Shown one piece after another: positions 1 to 8,276 of a stretch of DNA of 32,000 bases. The stretch is from positions 180,001-212,000 of the forward strand of contig NZ_CP066018.1 in NCBI RefSeq assembly GCF_016127575.1, read 5' to 3'. Position numbers and translations under genes: made by a program. Origin of the DNA: Cupriavidus necator. GTDB taxonomy: Bacteria > Pseudomonadota > Gammaproteobacteria > Burkholderiales > Burkholderiaceae. Position 1 is the first letter of the stretch. Each line of letters opens with the position of its first letter. Below the pieces are notes generated by a model that had not been told where the DNA came from, did not search any database, and worked only from the letters and a program-made list of their open reading frames with translations.

Positions 1-240
1 GCGCATGGTCAGGCCCATCATGTCGCACAGCATGATCAGTTCATCCTGCTGGGCCACCTTGCCTATCCAGGTGGCGATCCGGTAGAGCTGCCGGTCGGTC
101 AGCTTCAGTTCGTCCAGCATGGCGTGGAAGTGCTTCAGCGCCACGCGGAACTGCGCCTGCAGGACCGGGTCCGCGCCGGGCGCATCGCTGCACATGGCAT
201 CGAAGGCGCGTTGCAGGGTGTAGTTGTCGGGGTTGTTCAT
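1..240 (-). CDS. Partial CDS (N-terminal 80 codons, runs off the window start); tentatively intradiol ring-cleavage dioxygenase family (hydroxyquinol/catechol 1,2-dioxygenase N-terminal domain-like)
   Basis: Not in the ORF track because it is truncated. My reverse-strand translation from the ATG (rc of 238-240) is MNNPDNYTLQRAFDAMCSDAPGADPVLQAQFRVALKHFHAMLDELKLTDRQLYRIATWIGKVAQQDELIMLCDMMGLTMR. GGAGA (rc of 246-250) lies 5 nt upstream. The segment HFHAMLDELKLTDRQ...I..WIGKV..QDELIMLCDMMGL resembles the helical N-terminal domain of intradiol dioxygenases (recalled pattern, not searched). Confidence 0.4.
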   Translation of the reverse strand, partial: MNNPDNYTLQRAFDAMCSDAPGADPVLQAQFRVALKHFHAMLDELKLTDRQLYRIATWIGKVAQQDELIMLCDMMGLTMR

Positions 241-262
241 CGCTGTCTCCGGTGATTCTGTG

Positions 263-1915
263 TCAGTGGCTGGCGGCGGCCATGTCGATGGCGCGGGCGA
301 ACAGGGTTCCATCCGCTTTCAGCTTGTGCTTGGCCGGCTTGTGCGTAGGGGTGTGCGGAATGGCATCCACGGCGACGACATAGCGCGGCAGCTTGTGCAC
401 GGCCAGCCGGTCCCGAGCCCAGGCGAGCAACTCGCCCGGCTCGACCGACTGCCCGGGGCGGAACTGCACCGCCAGCAGGATCTCTTCTTCGCCCAGGTCC
501 GCCGGCACGCCGATGGCCGCCGCTTCCTCGACTGCGGGGTGCTCGCCGAAGATGCGGTCGAGCTCGGCTCCCGACACGTTCTCGCCCTTGCGGCGGATCA
601 CGTCCTTCTTGCGTGCGACGAACACGTAGTAGCCATCGCTGTCCTGGCGCACCAGATCGCCGGTGGCAAACCACCCGTCGCGGAACGCGGCCTCGGTCTG
701 CACGGCGTCGCGGTAGTAGCCCTGCATCAGCGTCGGGGTGCGGATCAGCAGTTCGCCCGCGGCGCCGGGTGCCACGTCGTGGCCGTCGTCATCGACGATG
801 CGCGCCTCGGGCACCGGCACGGCCGGGTCCGGGTGCGGCGAGATCAGGCCCATGGTGCCGAGCTTGTGCGGGCCGTTGAACGGATTGGCGATGACGCCGG
901 GGATTTCCGTCATGCCGTAGCACTCGATCAGGCGCGGCACGTGGAATTCCTGCTTCATCACCCGCACCATCTCCTGGGTCTGCGGCGCAATGAACATCTT
1001 GGTAATGCGATGGCCCGGCACGAATTCCGCGCGCGGGCGCCGCGCCAGGATGCTGCCGGCGGCGGCCACCAGGTTGACCTCGGTCGCGCCGCTCTCGGCC
1101 GCGAAGCGCCAGAACGACGAGGCCGAGAAACGGCGCATCAGCACCAGGCAGCCGCCGCAGGCCAGCGCCCCGCCCACCGAATACATCAACGCATTGATAT
1201 GGAACAGCGGCATCACGCACATCACGCGCTCGTCCGGCTGCAAGTGCAGGCGGCCGACAAAGGCCTCGGCGGTCAGCACGTAGCCGCGATGGCTGTGCAT
1301 GGCGCCCTTGGGAAAGCCGGTGGTGCCTGAGGTGTAGATGATCAGGGCGGTGCTGCGGTCGCTGTCGACGCCCGGGGCAGCGTTGGCCGGCTGCGCCGCA
1401 TGCGCCGCGATCGATGCGGCCAGCGTCGGCACGCCGTGATCGCCATCCTCGTTGGCGCGCAGCCAGACGTCACCGCCCAGGTCCGCGGCCACGGCGGCGC
1501 CGGTCGCCAGCGTGCCGGGCGCGCACACCAGGCCGCACACCTGCGCGTGCCGGAATACGTACAGCGCCTCGTCGAGCCGGTACTCGGGATTGGCCGGCAC
1601 CATGGTCGCGCCGATACGGGCCAGCGCGAACATCAGCACCACGGTGGACGGATGGTTGGTCGAGAGCACGCCGACACGGTCGCCGGGTCCGACTTGCATC
1701 GCCTGCGCCAGCCAGTCCGCGGTGAGGCCGATCCGTTGGTCGAGCTGGCGATAGCTCCAGGTCTCGCCCTCGAACACAAGCGCCGGCTTGTCCGGGTGCG
1801 CCGCCACGCGGGCGGCAAGGAAACCGGTGAGCGTGGCATCGTGGGCGCGGTACTGCCTGAGCACATCGAGCGGCGCCACCAGCGCGTCGCCGGCCGGGGA
1901 TGCGAGCGGCTTCAT
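263..1915 (-). CDS. AMP-dependent acyl-CoA synthetase/ligase (adenylate-forming enzyme), substrate unknown
   Basis: 550-aa ORF with the adenylate-forming signature YTSGTTGFPKGAMHSH and later TGDLV...GYYVFVARKKDVIRRKGENV. The ATG (rc 1913-1915) overlaps the upstream stop as ATGA. Confidence 0.85.
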   Translation of the reverse strand: MKPLASPAGDALVAPLDVLRQYRAHDATLTGFLAARVAAHPDKPALVFEGETWSYRQLDQRIGLTADWLAQAMQVGPGDRVGVLSTNHPSTVVLMFALARIGATMVPANPEYRLDEALYVFRHAQVCGLVCAPGTLATGAAVAADLGGDVWLRANEDGDHGVPTLAASIAAHAAQPANAAPGVDSDRSTALIIYTSGTTGFPKGAMHSHRGYVLTAEAFVGRLHLQPDERVMCVMPLFHINALMYSVGGALACGGCLVLMRRFSASSFWRFAAESGATEVNLVAAAGSILARRPRAEFVPGHRITKMFIAPQTQEMVRVMKQEFHVPRLIECYGMTEIPGVIANPFNGPHKLGTMGLISPHPDPAVPVPEARIVDDDGHDVAPGAAGELLIRTPTLMQGYYRDAVQTEAAFRDGWFATGDLVRQDSDGYYVFVARKKDVIRRKGENVSGAELDRIFGEHPAVEEAAAIGVPADLGEEEILLAVQFRPGQSVEPGELLAWARDRLAVHKLPRYVVAVDAIPHTPTHKPAKHKLKADGTLFARAIDMAAASH

Positions 1916-2700
1916 GATGCTTGCGCCGGCGCGGCGCTGTAGGTGATGGCGTGTTCGGCGGCGTCGGCCAGGATAAAGCCGATGGGTTGCGCGCGCTCTT
2001 CCTGCAGGTGGGCGATCAGGCTCGCCACGCGGGCCAGCATCGGTACGCCCTTGAGCGCGCTGGCGGGATAGCCGGCGTCGAGCAGCACCGCGGGGATCGC
2101 GCCCGACACATTGAGCGGCAAGGCCTTGCTGTAGTGCTCGGGGACCGCCGCGGCCACCGCCTCGAGCGCGGCGACGTGGTCGCCCGCGATGCCGAGTTCA
2201 CGCGCGAATGCCAGCAGGCGGTGCGCGCGCGGATCGCCCTGCTTGTGCGTGGGATGGCCGAAGCCCGGCAGCGGCTGCCGCGCCTGCCGCAAGGCCCGCA
2301 CCACCGCGTGCGCGCTGTCTGCCAGCGTGCCGGCGTCCCGGCCGGCCAGCACTTGCGCCAGCATCTGCCCGGCGGTTTCCGAGGCCCCCAGGATCACCGA
2401 GCCGCAGCCCAGCACGCCCGCGGCCACCGCGCCCTGCAGGGCGTCGGGGGCGGCGGCGAGCGTCATGCGCGCGGCCTGCACCGAGGGCACCAGTCCGTGT
2501 TCGGCAATGGCGACCAGGCAGGCATCGGTGATGGCCACCAGCTTTTCGCCCGGCTGGCGGCCGGTAAGCAGGAACAGAAAGTAGGCCGTAAAGCCGATCT
2601 TGCCGATCAGTTCCTGGCTGAGATCCTTGCCATGCACCGACACCCCGTGGAGGTCCACATGGGCAATGGCGGTGTGGCCGGTGCGTTTGGCATCCGTCAC
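1912..2700 (-). CDS. Citrate synthase-like / citryl-CoA lyase family protein (short form, 262 aa)
   Basis: ORF contains GFGHPTHKQGDPRA, the G-H-x(6)-D-P-R segment typical of the citrate synthase/citryl-CoA lyase fold. AGGAGA (rc of about 2705-2710) precedes the ATG. Family assignment is from memory. Confidence 0.7.
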   Translation of the reverse strand: MTDAKRTGHTAIAHVDLHGVSVHGKDLSQELIGKIGFTAYFLFLLTGRQPGEKLVAITDACLVAIAEHGLVPSVQAARMTLAAAPDALQGAVAAGVLGCGSVILGASETAGQMLAQVLAGRDAGTLADSAHAVVRALRQARQPLPGFGHPTHKQGDPRAHRLLAFARELGIAGDHVAALEAVAAAVPEHYSKALPLNVSGAIPAVLLDAGYPASALKGVPMLARVASLIAHLQEERAQPIGFILADAAEHAITYSAAPAQAS

Positions 2701-2714
2701 GTTGTCTCCTATTT

Positions 2715-2729
2715 TTGCGCTACGCGCAA
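2715..2729. promoter_or_regulatory. Perfect dyad TTGCGC-TAC-GCGCAA in the A+T-rich leader of the CCL-like/ligase operon; candidate operator
   Basis: Read directly: 6-bp arms are fully complementary (2715-2720 vs 2724-2729), 15-29 nt upstream of the ATG at 2700. No binding protein can be assigned from sequence. Confidence 0.3.
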
Positions 2730-2840
2730 TCTAATGCGTTATACGAATTATTCTAGAGCGTGCCACAGTGCATTGCAAGGTCGGGAATACCTGCACCGGG
2801 AGCCAGCCGGCACTGCGCCAGGCGCAGCGCCGGCACATCA

Positions 2841-3134
2841 TCAGGCACGGTCCGACGGATCGGTCTCGCCGATCCGGGCGAGCGCGCCATCGGTGAAGGG
2901 ATCGACCTCGCGTACCGCGCCGTCCAGGTACGGATCGGCCTTGCGCGCTGCGACCTTGCGGAACTGCTCGTCCACCAGCCGGCCCGGCTGCGAACGCTGT
3001 GCCGACCCGGCCGAGGGGATCGAGCCATGTGCCGCACGCGCGCCATCTGTATAGACATCGGGCGACCGCACCGCGGCCTGGGCCGCCGAAGCCATCACCA
3101 GCACCACTGCTGCGCCAAACATTGCCGTTTTCAT
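2841..3134 (-). CDS. Small secreted protein (97 aa) with three D-x-[YF]-x-D-G-A repeats; function unknown
   Basis: ORF 2841..3137 trimmed to the ATG (rc 3132-3134), which is 6 nt after AGGAG. Signal peptide MKTAMFGAAVVLVMASAAQA|AV. Repeats are PDVYTDGA, ADPYLDGA and VDPFTDGA. High G+C at third codon positions supports real coding. A stem-loop at 2806-2834 follows the stop. Confidence 0.6.
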   Translation of the reverse strand: MKTAMFGAAVVLVMASAAQAAVRSPDVYTDGARAAHGSIPSAGSAQRSQPGRLVDEQFRKVAARKADPYLDGAVREVDPFTDGALARIGETDPSDRA

Positions 3135-3386
3135 CACTTGCTCCTGTTAAGCATCGAAGAGAAGAGCGCCGGTTCTGGCCGGGGTCTGGGGTCCAGCCCT
3201 TCAGCGCGTCGCCCATGGTGGCAAATATAATTAAAACCGTACCGTATGGTATTCTTAAATTCGAAATGAGTCGTTCTGATTTATTGAAGCCATGAGCTTG
3301 TCACATGGGGAAACGCAGCAGCCTGCCGGCTTTTGGTAGACTGCGCAGGGCCCCCGGCATGGGGTGCGCCGCCACGCCTGCACCAG

Positions 3387-4037
3387 ATGAACTCTCCAGA
3401 AAGCGCTTCCCCCCCTGTGGTCCACCACCCGCCCGTGCGCATCACGCGCCGCGGCGAAGAGAAACGCGCGCTGATCCTGAGCACCGCCGCGGACATGTTC
3501 CTGGAACATGGCTATGACGGCGTCAGCCTGGATGACATCGTCAAGGCGTGCGGCGGCTCCAAGACCAACGTGTACAGCTATTTCGGCGGCAAGGACGGAC
3601 TCTTCGTCGCGGTGGTGGAGCGGCTATGCGACCGCTTCCTGGAGAAGACAGAGAAAGGACTGGACCTGTCGCGCTGCAACGCCGCGCAGGGCCTGCACAG
3701 GATTGCGCACAGCTTCCTGCATTCGCTGCTGGAAGAACGGCACCTGGCGTTCCTGCGGCTGATCTTTGCGGAGTCGCGGCGCTTTCCGGCGCTGGGCAAT
3801 GCCTGGTACACGCGCGGCCCGGAGGCAACGTGCGCCTATATCGCGGCCTTCCTGTCCGCGCAGCAGGCCAACGGCATCCGTCTTGCGGCAAGTCCCGAGG
3901 CCAGCGCCCGGCTCTTCCACGGCATGGTGCTGGCCAGCGTGCTGCACCGGACGCTGGCAACCGGCATGCGGCCGGACGAAAGCGAGACCGGTGCGCTGAT
4001 CAACAACGCCATCGCCGTGATCGTGCCCCAGGACTGA
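3387..4037 (+). CDS. TetR/AcrR family transcriptional regulator
   Basis: N-terminal HTH region RALILSTAADMFLEHGYDGVSLDDIVKACGGSKTNVYSYFGGKDGLF is typical of TetR. ORF 3333..4037 (TTG) trimmed to the first ATG at 3387. Start is uncertain because there is no clear SD. Confidence 0.85.
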   Translation: MNSPESASPPVVHHPPVRITRRGEEKRALILSTAADMFLEHGYDGVSLDDIVKACGGSKTNVYSYFGGKDGLFVAVVERLCDRFLEKTEKGLDLSRCNAAQGLHRIAHSFLHSLLEERHLAFLRLIFAESRRFPALGNAWYTRGPEATCAYIAAFLSAQQANGIRLAASPEASARLFHGMVLASVLHRTLATGMRPDESETGALINNAIAVIVPQD

Positions 4038-4124
4038 AATCGCAGCGCGGATCGCTCATCGCGCCGGGATGTCCGAGATGCCTTGAATGCGCGATCCTCT
4101 GGCACAAGGCATCTGATGGGCCAG

Positions 4125-4161
4125 AAAAACAAAAACCCCGGAAGACCGCGATCTTCCGGGG
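4125..4161 (-). terminator. Intrinsic terminator downstream of tRNA-Ser; may also stop the convergent TetR transcript
   Basis: 10-bp stem CCCCGGAAGA (4136-4145) / TCTTCCGGGG (4152-4161). On the minus strand it is followed by TTTTTGTTTTT (rc of 4125-4135). On the plus strand only TTT follows. Confidence 0.65.
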
Positions 4162-4176
4162 TTTCGCCGCCATGAC

Positions 4177-4270
4177 TGGCGGAGACGGAGGGATTCGAAC
4201 CCTCGATCCAGGTTTTGGCCCGGATGCTCCCTTAGCAGGGGAGTGCCTTCGACCTCTCGGCCACGTCTCC
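4177..4270 (-). tRNA. tRNA-Ser (anticodon GCU), class II with long variable arm, CCA encoded
   Basis: Reverse complement is GGAGACGTGGCCGAGAGGTCGAAGGCACTCCCCTGCTAAGGGAGCATCCGGGCCAAAACCTGGATCGAGGGTTCGAATCCCTCCGTCTCCGCCA. Acceptor stem GGAGACG/CGTCTCC, anticodon stem CTCCC/GGGAG with loop CTGCTAA, T-arm GGTTCGAATCC. Confidence 0.93.
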
Positions 4271-4311
4271 CAAACTTGCGTTGTGTGAGGGAGCCACACA
4301 ACGAAGCGCGT

Positions 4312-4340
4312 ATTCTAGCGGCGCCGCACGTGTTGGTCAA
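4312..4340 (-). promoter_or_regulatory. Sigma70-type promoter for tRNA-Ser
   Basis: Minus strand reads TTGACC (rc 4335-4340), a 17-nt spacer, then TAGAAT (rc 4312-4317). This predicts a leader of roughly 35 nt containing an 8-bp hairpin (4280-4287 / 4295-4302). Confidence 0.55.
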
Positions 4341-4399
4341 CGAAAAATCGATCACTCAACACAAAAATCGCGGCCCCGCCAGAAGTGTTCACGAACGGA

Positions 4400-5650
4400 T
4401 CACGCCTGTTCCAGTTCGAAGGCCTTGTGCAGCGCGCGCACGGCCAGTTCCATGTACTTCTCGTCGATCAGCACCGAGATCTTGATTTCCGAGGTGGAGA
4501 TCATCTGGATGTTGATGCCCTCTTCCGACAGGGTGCGGAACATCTTGCTGGCGATGCCCACGTGCGAGCGCATGCCCACGCCCACCACCGACACCTTCGA
4601 TACCTTCGGGTCGCCCGACACGCTGCCGGCGCCGATATGCGACTTCACGCCGTCGTTCAGGATGGCCAGCGCGCGCTGGTACTCGCCGCGCGGCACGGTG
4701 AAGGTGAAGTCGGTCTTGCCGTCGACGGACTGGTTCTGGATGATCATGTCGACGTCGATGTTGGCGTCGGCGACCGGGCCCAGGATCTGGTAGGCGATGC
4801 CCGGCTTGTCCGGCACGCCCAGAACGGTGATCTTGGCTTCGTCACGGGCAAAGGCGATGCCGGAGATGACGGCTGCTTCCATGGTGGAGTCTTCCTCAAA
4901 AGTGATCAGCGTGCCCGAGTGCATTTCCTGCTCGAGCGGCATAAGCGGGTCGGTCAGCGACGACAGCACGCGAGTCTTCACGCGGTACTTGCCGGCGAAC
5001 TCCACGGAGCGGATCTGCAGCACCTTGGAGCCGAGGCTGGCCATTTCCAGCATTTCTTCGAAGGTGATCTGGTCCAGGCGGCGGGCGTCTTCGACCACGC
5101 GCGGGTCGGTGGTGTACACGCCGTCGACGTCGGTGTAGATCAGGCACTCGTCGGCTTCGATCGCGGCGGCGATGGCCACGGCCGAGGTGTCCGAGCCGCC
5201 ACGGCCGAGGGTGGTGATGTTGCCGTCGTCGTCGATGCCCTGGAAACCGGTGATCACGACCACGCGGCCGGCGTCGAGGTCGGCCAGGATGCGCTCGTCG
5301 TCGATCGATTCGATACGGGCCTTGGTATAGGCCGAGTCGGTCTTCACCGGCACTTGCCAGCCGGTGTAGCTGACCGCGTCAATGTCTTCGCCGTGCAGCG
5401 CGATGGCCAGCAGTGCCACGCTGGCCTGTTCGCCGGTCGAGGCGAGCATGTCCAGCTCACGCGGATTGGGCTGCGGCGAAATTTCCTTGGCGAGTCCCAA
5501 CAGGCGATTGGTCTCGCCCGACATGGCCGAAGGCACCACGACTACGCGGTGACCGGCGCGGTGCCATTTGGCCACGCGCTTGGCGACATTCTTGATGCGT
5601 TCCGTGGAACCCATCGAAGTGCCGCCGTATTTGTGAACGATGAGAGCCAT
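4400..5650 (-). CDS. lysC: Aspartate kinase (monofunctional, with C-terminal ACT-type regulatory region)
   Basis: ORF 4400..5701 trimmed to the ATG at rc 5648-5650. N-terminus [26 protein letters not shown] is the canonical aspartokinase start. 416 aa. Confidence 0.93.
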   Translation of the reverse strand: MALIVHKYGGTSMGSTERIKNVAKRVAKWHRAGHRVVVVPSAMSGETNRLLGLAKEISPQPNPRELDMLASTGEQASVALLAIALHGEDIDAVSYTGWQVPVKTDSAYTKARIESIDDERILADLDAGRVVVITGFQGIDDDGNITTLGRGGSDTSAVAIAAAIEADECLIYTDVDGVYTTDPRVVEDARRLDQITFEEMLEMASLGSKVLQIRSVEFAGKYRVKTRVLSSLTDPLMPLEQEMHSGTLITFEEDSTMEAAVISGIAFARDEAKITVLGVPDKPGIAYQILGPVADANIDVDMIIQNQSVDGKTDFTFTVPRGEYQRALAILNDGVKSHIGAGSVSGDPKVSKVSVVGVGMRSHVGIASKMFRTLSEEGINIQMISTSEIKISVLIDEKYMELAVRALHKAFELEQA

Positions 5651-5772
5651 CTTCTTGTCGACGCCAGCGATTATGCAAAGCCCTTGAAAATACACGAACA
5701 AGCCCAGTCAGGCAAGGCGGGAGCGGGATTCGGCTGCAGATCGGAAGTGATGCCGACGGCGATCCGACCGCT

Positions 5773-7224
5773 TCAGTGCGGCGGCATCGCCACTGCCGGC
5801 GGCCGCGGATGCCACTCGACGCGCCAGCGCGGCGCCGCCGGGGCGTCCGGCCAGCGGCGGTGCATGCCGAGGCCGGCGGCCAGCACCAGGGTATCGCCAG
5901 ACCACAGCAGCGGCAGCCAGGCGCGGCGCCAGGCCGGGATGCCGGCTTCCTGGCAGGCTTGCTTCAGGGCCCGGGCCGGACCGCCCGGGCGCAGCACGAT
6001 ACGCTCGCCGCCACTGCGGGCGGCCAGGCGCAAGGGCTGGCGCAGCGCCGCTTCGGGCACGCCGAAGGTGTCATCGCGGAAGAAATGGAGTTCGCCGCGC
6101 CAGCCGGGCACGACGATACGGGCCTCGCCGCGCCAGTCCAGCATCACGGGTGCCGGCGCGGCAATCGGTGGCGGCGTGCAGGCCAGCACGCGGTCGCGGA
6201 AGCGGCGCAGGACCAGCCCTTCATGCGCGATCGCGGGCTCGCCGCCAGCGTGGGCGACCAGTTGCTCGCGCATCGCCGCCAGCCTGGCGGTGGACGGCGC
6301 GCGCACGCCGAGGTCGCGCAGCCAGAAGCGCAGCACGGCATCGGCATGTGCCACGGGCAAGGCGCGCAGCCCTGCCAGGTCGAGTTCGGCAAGCGTGTCG
6401 GCATCGCGGCCGGGGCGTGCCAGCGCCGCCAGCGAGGCGGCTGCCAGTTCATCGATCAGTGCGCCTGCCTGGGCGAAATGCGCTGCCGCCTGCACCACGT
6501 TGGCCGACAACGCCGGAAAGGCCGCGACCAGCGCCGGCAGGTGCGCGCGCAAGGCATTGCGCGCATAGCGCTCATCGGCATTGGACGGGTCGTCGACCCA
6601 TTGCAGCGCGTTGGCCGCGCAGTAGGCCTCGATCTCGGCGCGGGCCACATCCAGCCAGGGGCGCAGCAGCGTCACGCCGCTGCGCTCGTCGAGCGGGCGC
6701 AGCCCTGGCATGCCGGCCATGCCGGCCACGCCGGCGCCGCGGAACAGCCGCAGCAGCACGGTCTCGACCTGGTCGTCCTGGTGGTGGGCAAACAGCAGCA
6801 GGCGCGCGCCACTATCGGCGCACATCGCCGCCAGCGCGGCGTAGCGCGCGCGGCGCGCGGCCGCTTCCACGCCCTCGCCCACTTCGGGCTGCACCGACAC
6901 CCGCCGCACGAAATAGCCGACCTGCCACTGCGCGCACAGCGCGGCGCAGAAGCGGTCCCAGTCGTCCGCATCCGCCTGCAGGCCGTGGTGGACATGCAGC
7001 GCCACCACGCGCGCGCCAACGCCCCACTCCGCCGCGGCCGCACGGGCGGCATGCAGCAGCGCGACCGAATCGCGCCCGCCCGACAGGGCCACCGCGATCG
7101 TCGCCGCGCCCGTGCCGCCGCCAGAAACAACAAAGGCCGCACCGGCCTGGAGGGCCTGTGCGACCTTGTCGGTCAGCCGGGCGGACGGGTCAGTCCTGGG
7201 TGCCGGTTTCCTTGAACTTGCCAT
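5773..7224 (-). CDS. tilS: tRNA(Ile)-lysidine synthetase
   Basis: PP-loop motif [11 protein letters not shown]. The only plausible start I found upstream of the motif (ATG, rc 7222-7224) overlaps the accA 3' end by 35 nt. Confidence 0.85.
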   Translation of the reverse strand: MASSRKPAPRTDPSARLTDKVAQALQAGAAFVVSGGGTGAATIAVALSGGRDSVALLHAARAAAAEWGVGARVVALHVHHGLQADADDWDRFCAALCAQWQVGYFVRRVSVQPEVGEGVEAAARRARYAALAAMCADSGARLLLFAHHQDDQVETVLLRLFRGAGVAGMAGMPGLRPLDERSGVTLLRPWLDVARAEIEAYCAANALQWVDDPSNADERYARNALRAHLPALVAAFPALSANVVQAAAHFAQAGALIDELAAASLAALARPGRDADTLAELDLAGLRALPVAHADAVLRFWLRDLGVRAPSTARLAAMREQLVAHAGGEPAIAHEGLVLRRFRDRVLACTPPPIAAPAPVMLDWRGEARIVVPGWRGELHFFRDDTFGVPEAALRQPLRLAARSGGERIVLRPGGPARALKQACQEAGIPAWRRAWLPLLWSGDTLVLAAGLGMHRRWPDAPAAPRWRVEWHPRPPAVAMPPH

Positions 7225-8161
7225 AGGCGAGCAGGCGCTCGTAGCGGCGGGCCTGCAGCTCCTTCACGCTCATGCCCTGGAACTGGCGCAGCGACTCGGC
7301 CAGCGAGCGCTTGAGCATCGCCGCCATGCCCTTGTAGTCACGGTGCGCGCCGCCCAGCGGCTCGCTCACGATCTTGTCGATCAGGCCCAGCGCCTTCAGG
7401 CGGTGCGCGGTCAGGCCCAGCGCCTCGGCGGCTTCCGGTGCCTTCTCGGCGGTCTTCCACAGGATCGAGGCACAGCCTTCCGGCGAGATCACCGCGTAGG
7501 TGGCGAACTGCAGCATCTGCACCACGTCGCCCACGGCAATCGCCAGCGCGCCGCCCGAACCGCCTTCACCGATGATGGTGGCGATCAGGGGCACCTTCAG
7601 GCCGGCCATCACGTACAGGTTGTGGCCGATGGCTTCGGACTGGCCGCGCTCTTCGGCGTCGATGCCGGGGAATGCGCCCGGGGTGTCGACGAAGGTGAAG
7701 ATCGGCAGGCCGAACTTGTCCGCCAGCTCCATCAGGCGCTTGGCCTTGCGGTAGCCCTCGGGCTTGGGCATGCCGAAATTGCGCATGGCGCGCTCTTTCG
7801 TATCACGGCCCTTCTGGTGGCCGATGACCATGCACGCCTGGCCGTTGAAGCGCGCCAGGCCGCCGATGATCGAAAGATCGTCGGCAAAGGTGCGGTCGCC
7901 GTGCAGCTCGTGGAAATCGGTAAAGATCTCGCGCACGTAGTCCAGCGTATAGGGACGCTGGGGGTGGCGGGCGATTTGCGCAACCTGCCACGGGGTCAGG
8001 TTGGCGTAGATGTCTTTGGTCAGCTGCTGGCTCTTGCCAGCCAGCCGCGAAATCTCTTCGGAAATATCAACAGCCGAATCGTCCTGCACAAAGCGCAGTT
8101 CTTCGATCTTTGCCTCGAGTTCGGCAATGGGCTGCTCAAAATCCAGGAAGGTGGTTTTCAT
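7190..8161 (-). CDS. accA: Acetyl-CoA carboxylase carboxyltransferase subunit alpha
   Basis: 323 aa. [23 protein letters not shown]... and [15 protein letters not shown] are characteristic of AccA. Confidence 0.95.
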   Translation of the reverse strand: MKTTFLDFEQPIAELEAKIEELRFVQDDSAVDISEEISRLAGKSQQLTKDIYANLTPWQVAQIARHPQRPYTLDYVREIFTDFHELHGDRTFADDLSIIGGLARFNGQACMVIGHQKGRDTKERAMRNFGMPKPEGYRKAKRLMELADKFGLPIFTFVDTPGAFPGIDAEERGQSEAIGHNLYVMAGLKVPLIATIIGEGGSGGALAIAVGDVVQMLQFATYAVISPEGCASILWKTAEKAPEAAEALGLTAHRLKALGLIDKIVSEPLGGAHRDYKGMAAMLKRSLAESLRQFQGMSVKELQARRYERLLAYGKFKETGTQD

Positions 8162-8276
8162 AAAATCACACGTACCTGTCTGTGAAGGGGCGCATTCTAC
8201 CGGAATTTGGTCGCTATCTTAGCGCCTGCCAGATAGCCCGGACTGCACCTGCCACTAAATTTTCTTGCTGCAATGC

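Noticed and set aside
224-3054. Plus-strand ORFs of 368, 180 and 377 aa (224..1330, 1400..1942, 1921..3054)
   Set aside because: They are antisense to the acyl-CoA ligase and CCL-like genes, which carry clear motifs. Their composition is again Arg/Gly/Ala/His-rich.
1-4176. Genomic island inserted at tRNA-Ser
   Set aside because: The visible part has no integrase, no direct repeat of the tRNA 3' end seen by eye, and G+C content and codon style like the rest of the window. It is left as a low-interest note only.
5651-5772. Lysine riboswitch (L-box) upstream of lysC
   Set aside because: The spacer is only 122 nt and shows none of the multi-helix junction features. It looks like a plain promoter region (possible TTGCCT-17-TATTTT).
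4385-6568. 727-aa plus-strand ORF, the longest in this stretch
   Set aside because: It runs antisense to lysC and tilS, both of which have unmistakable family motifs. Its translation is Arg/Ala/Gly/His-rich with no recognisable domain, which is typical of stop-codon-poor antisense frames in high-G+C DNA.
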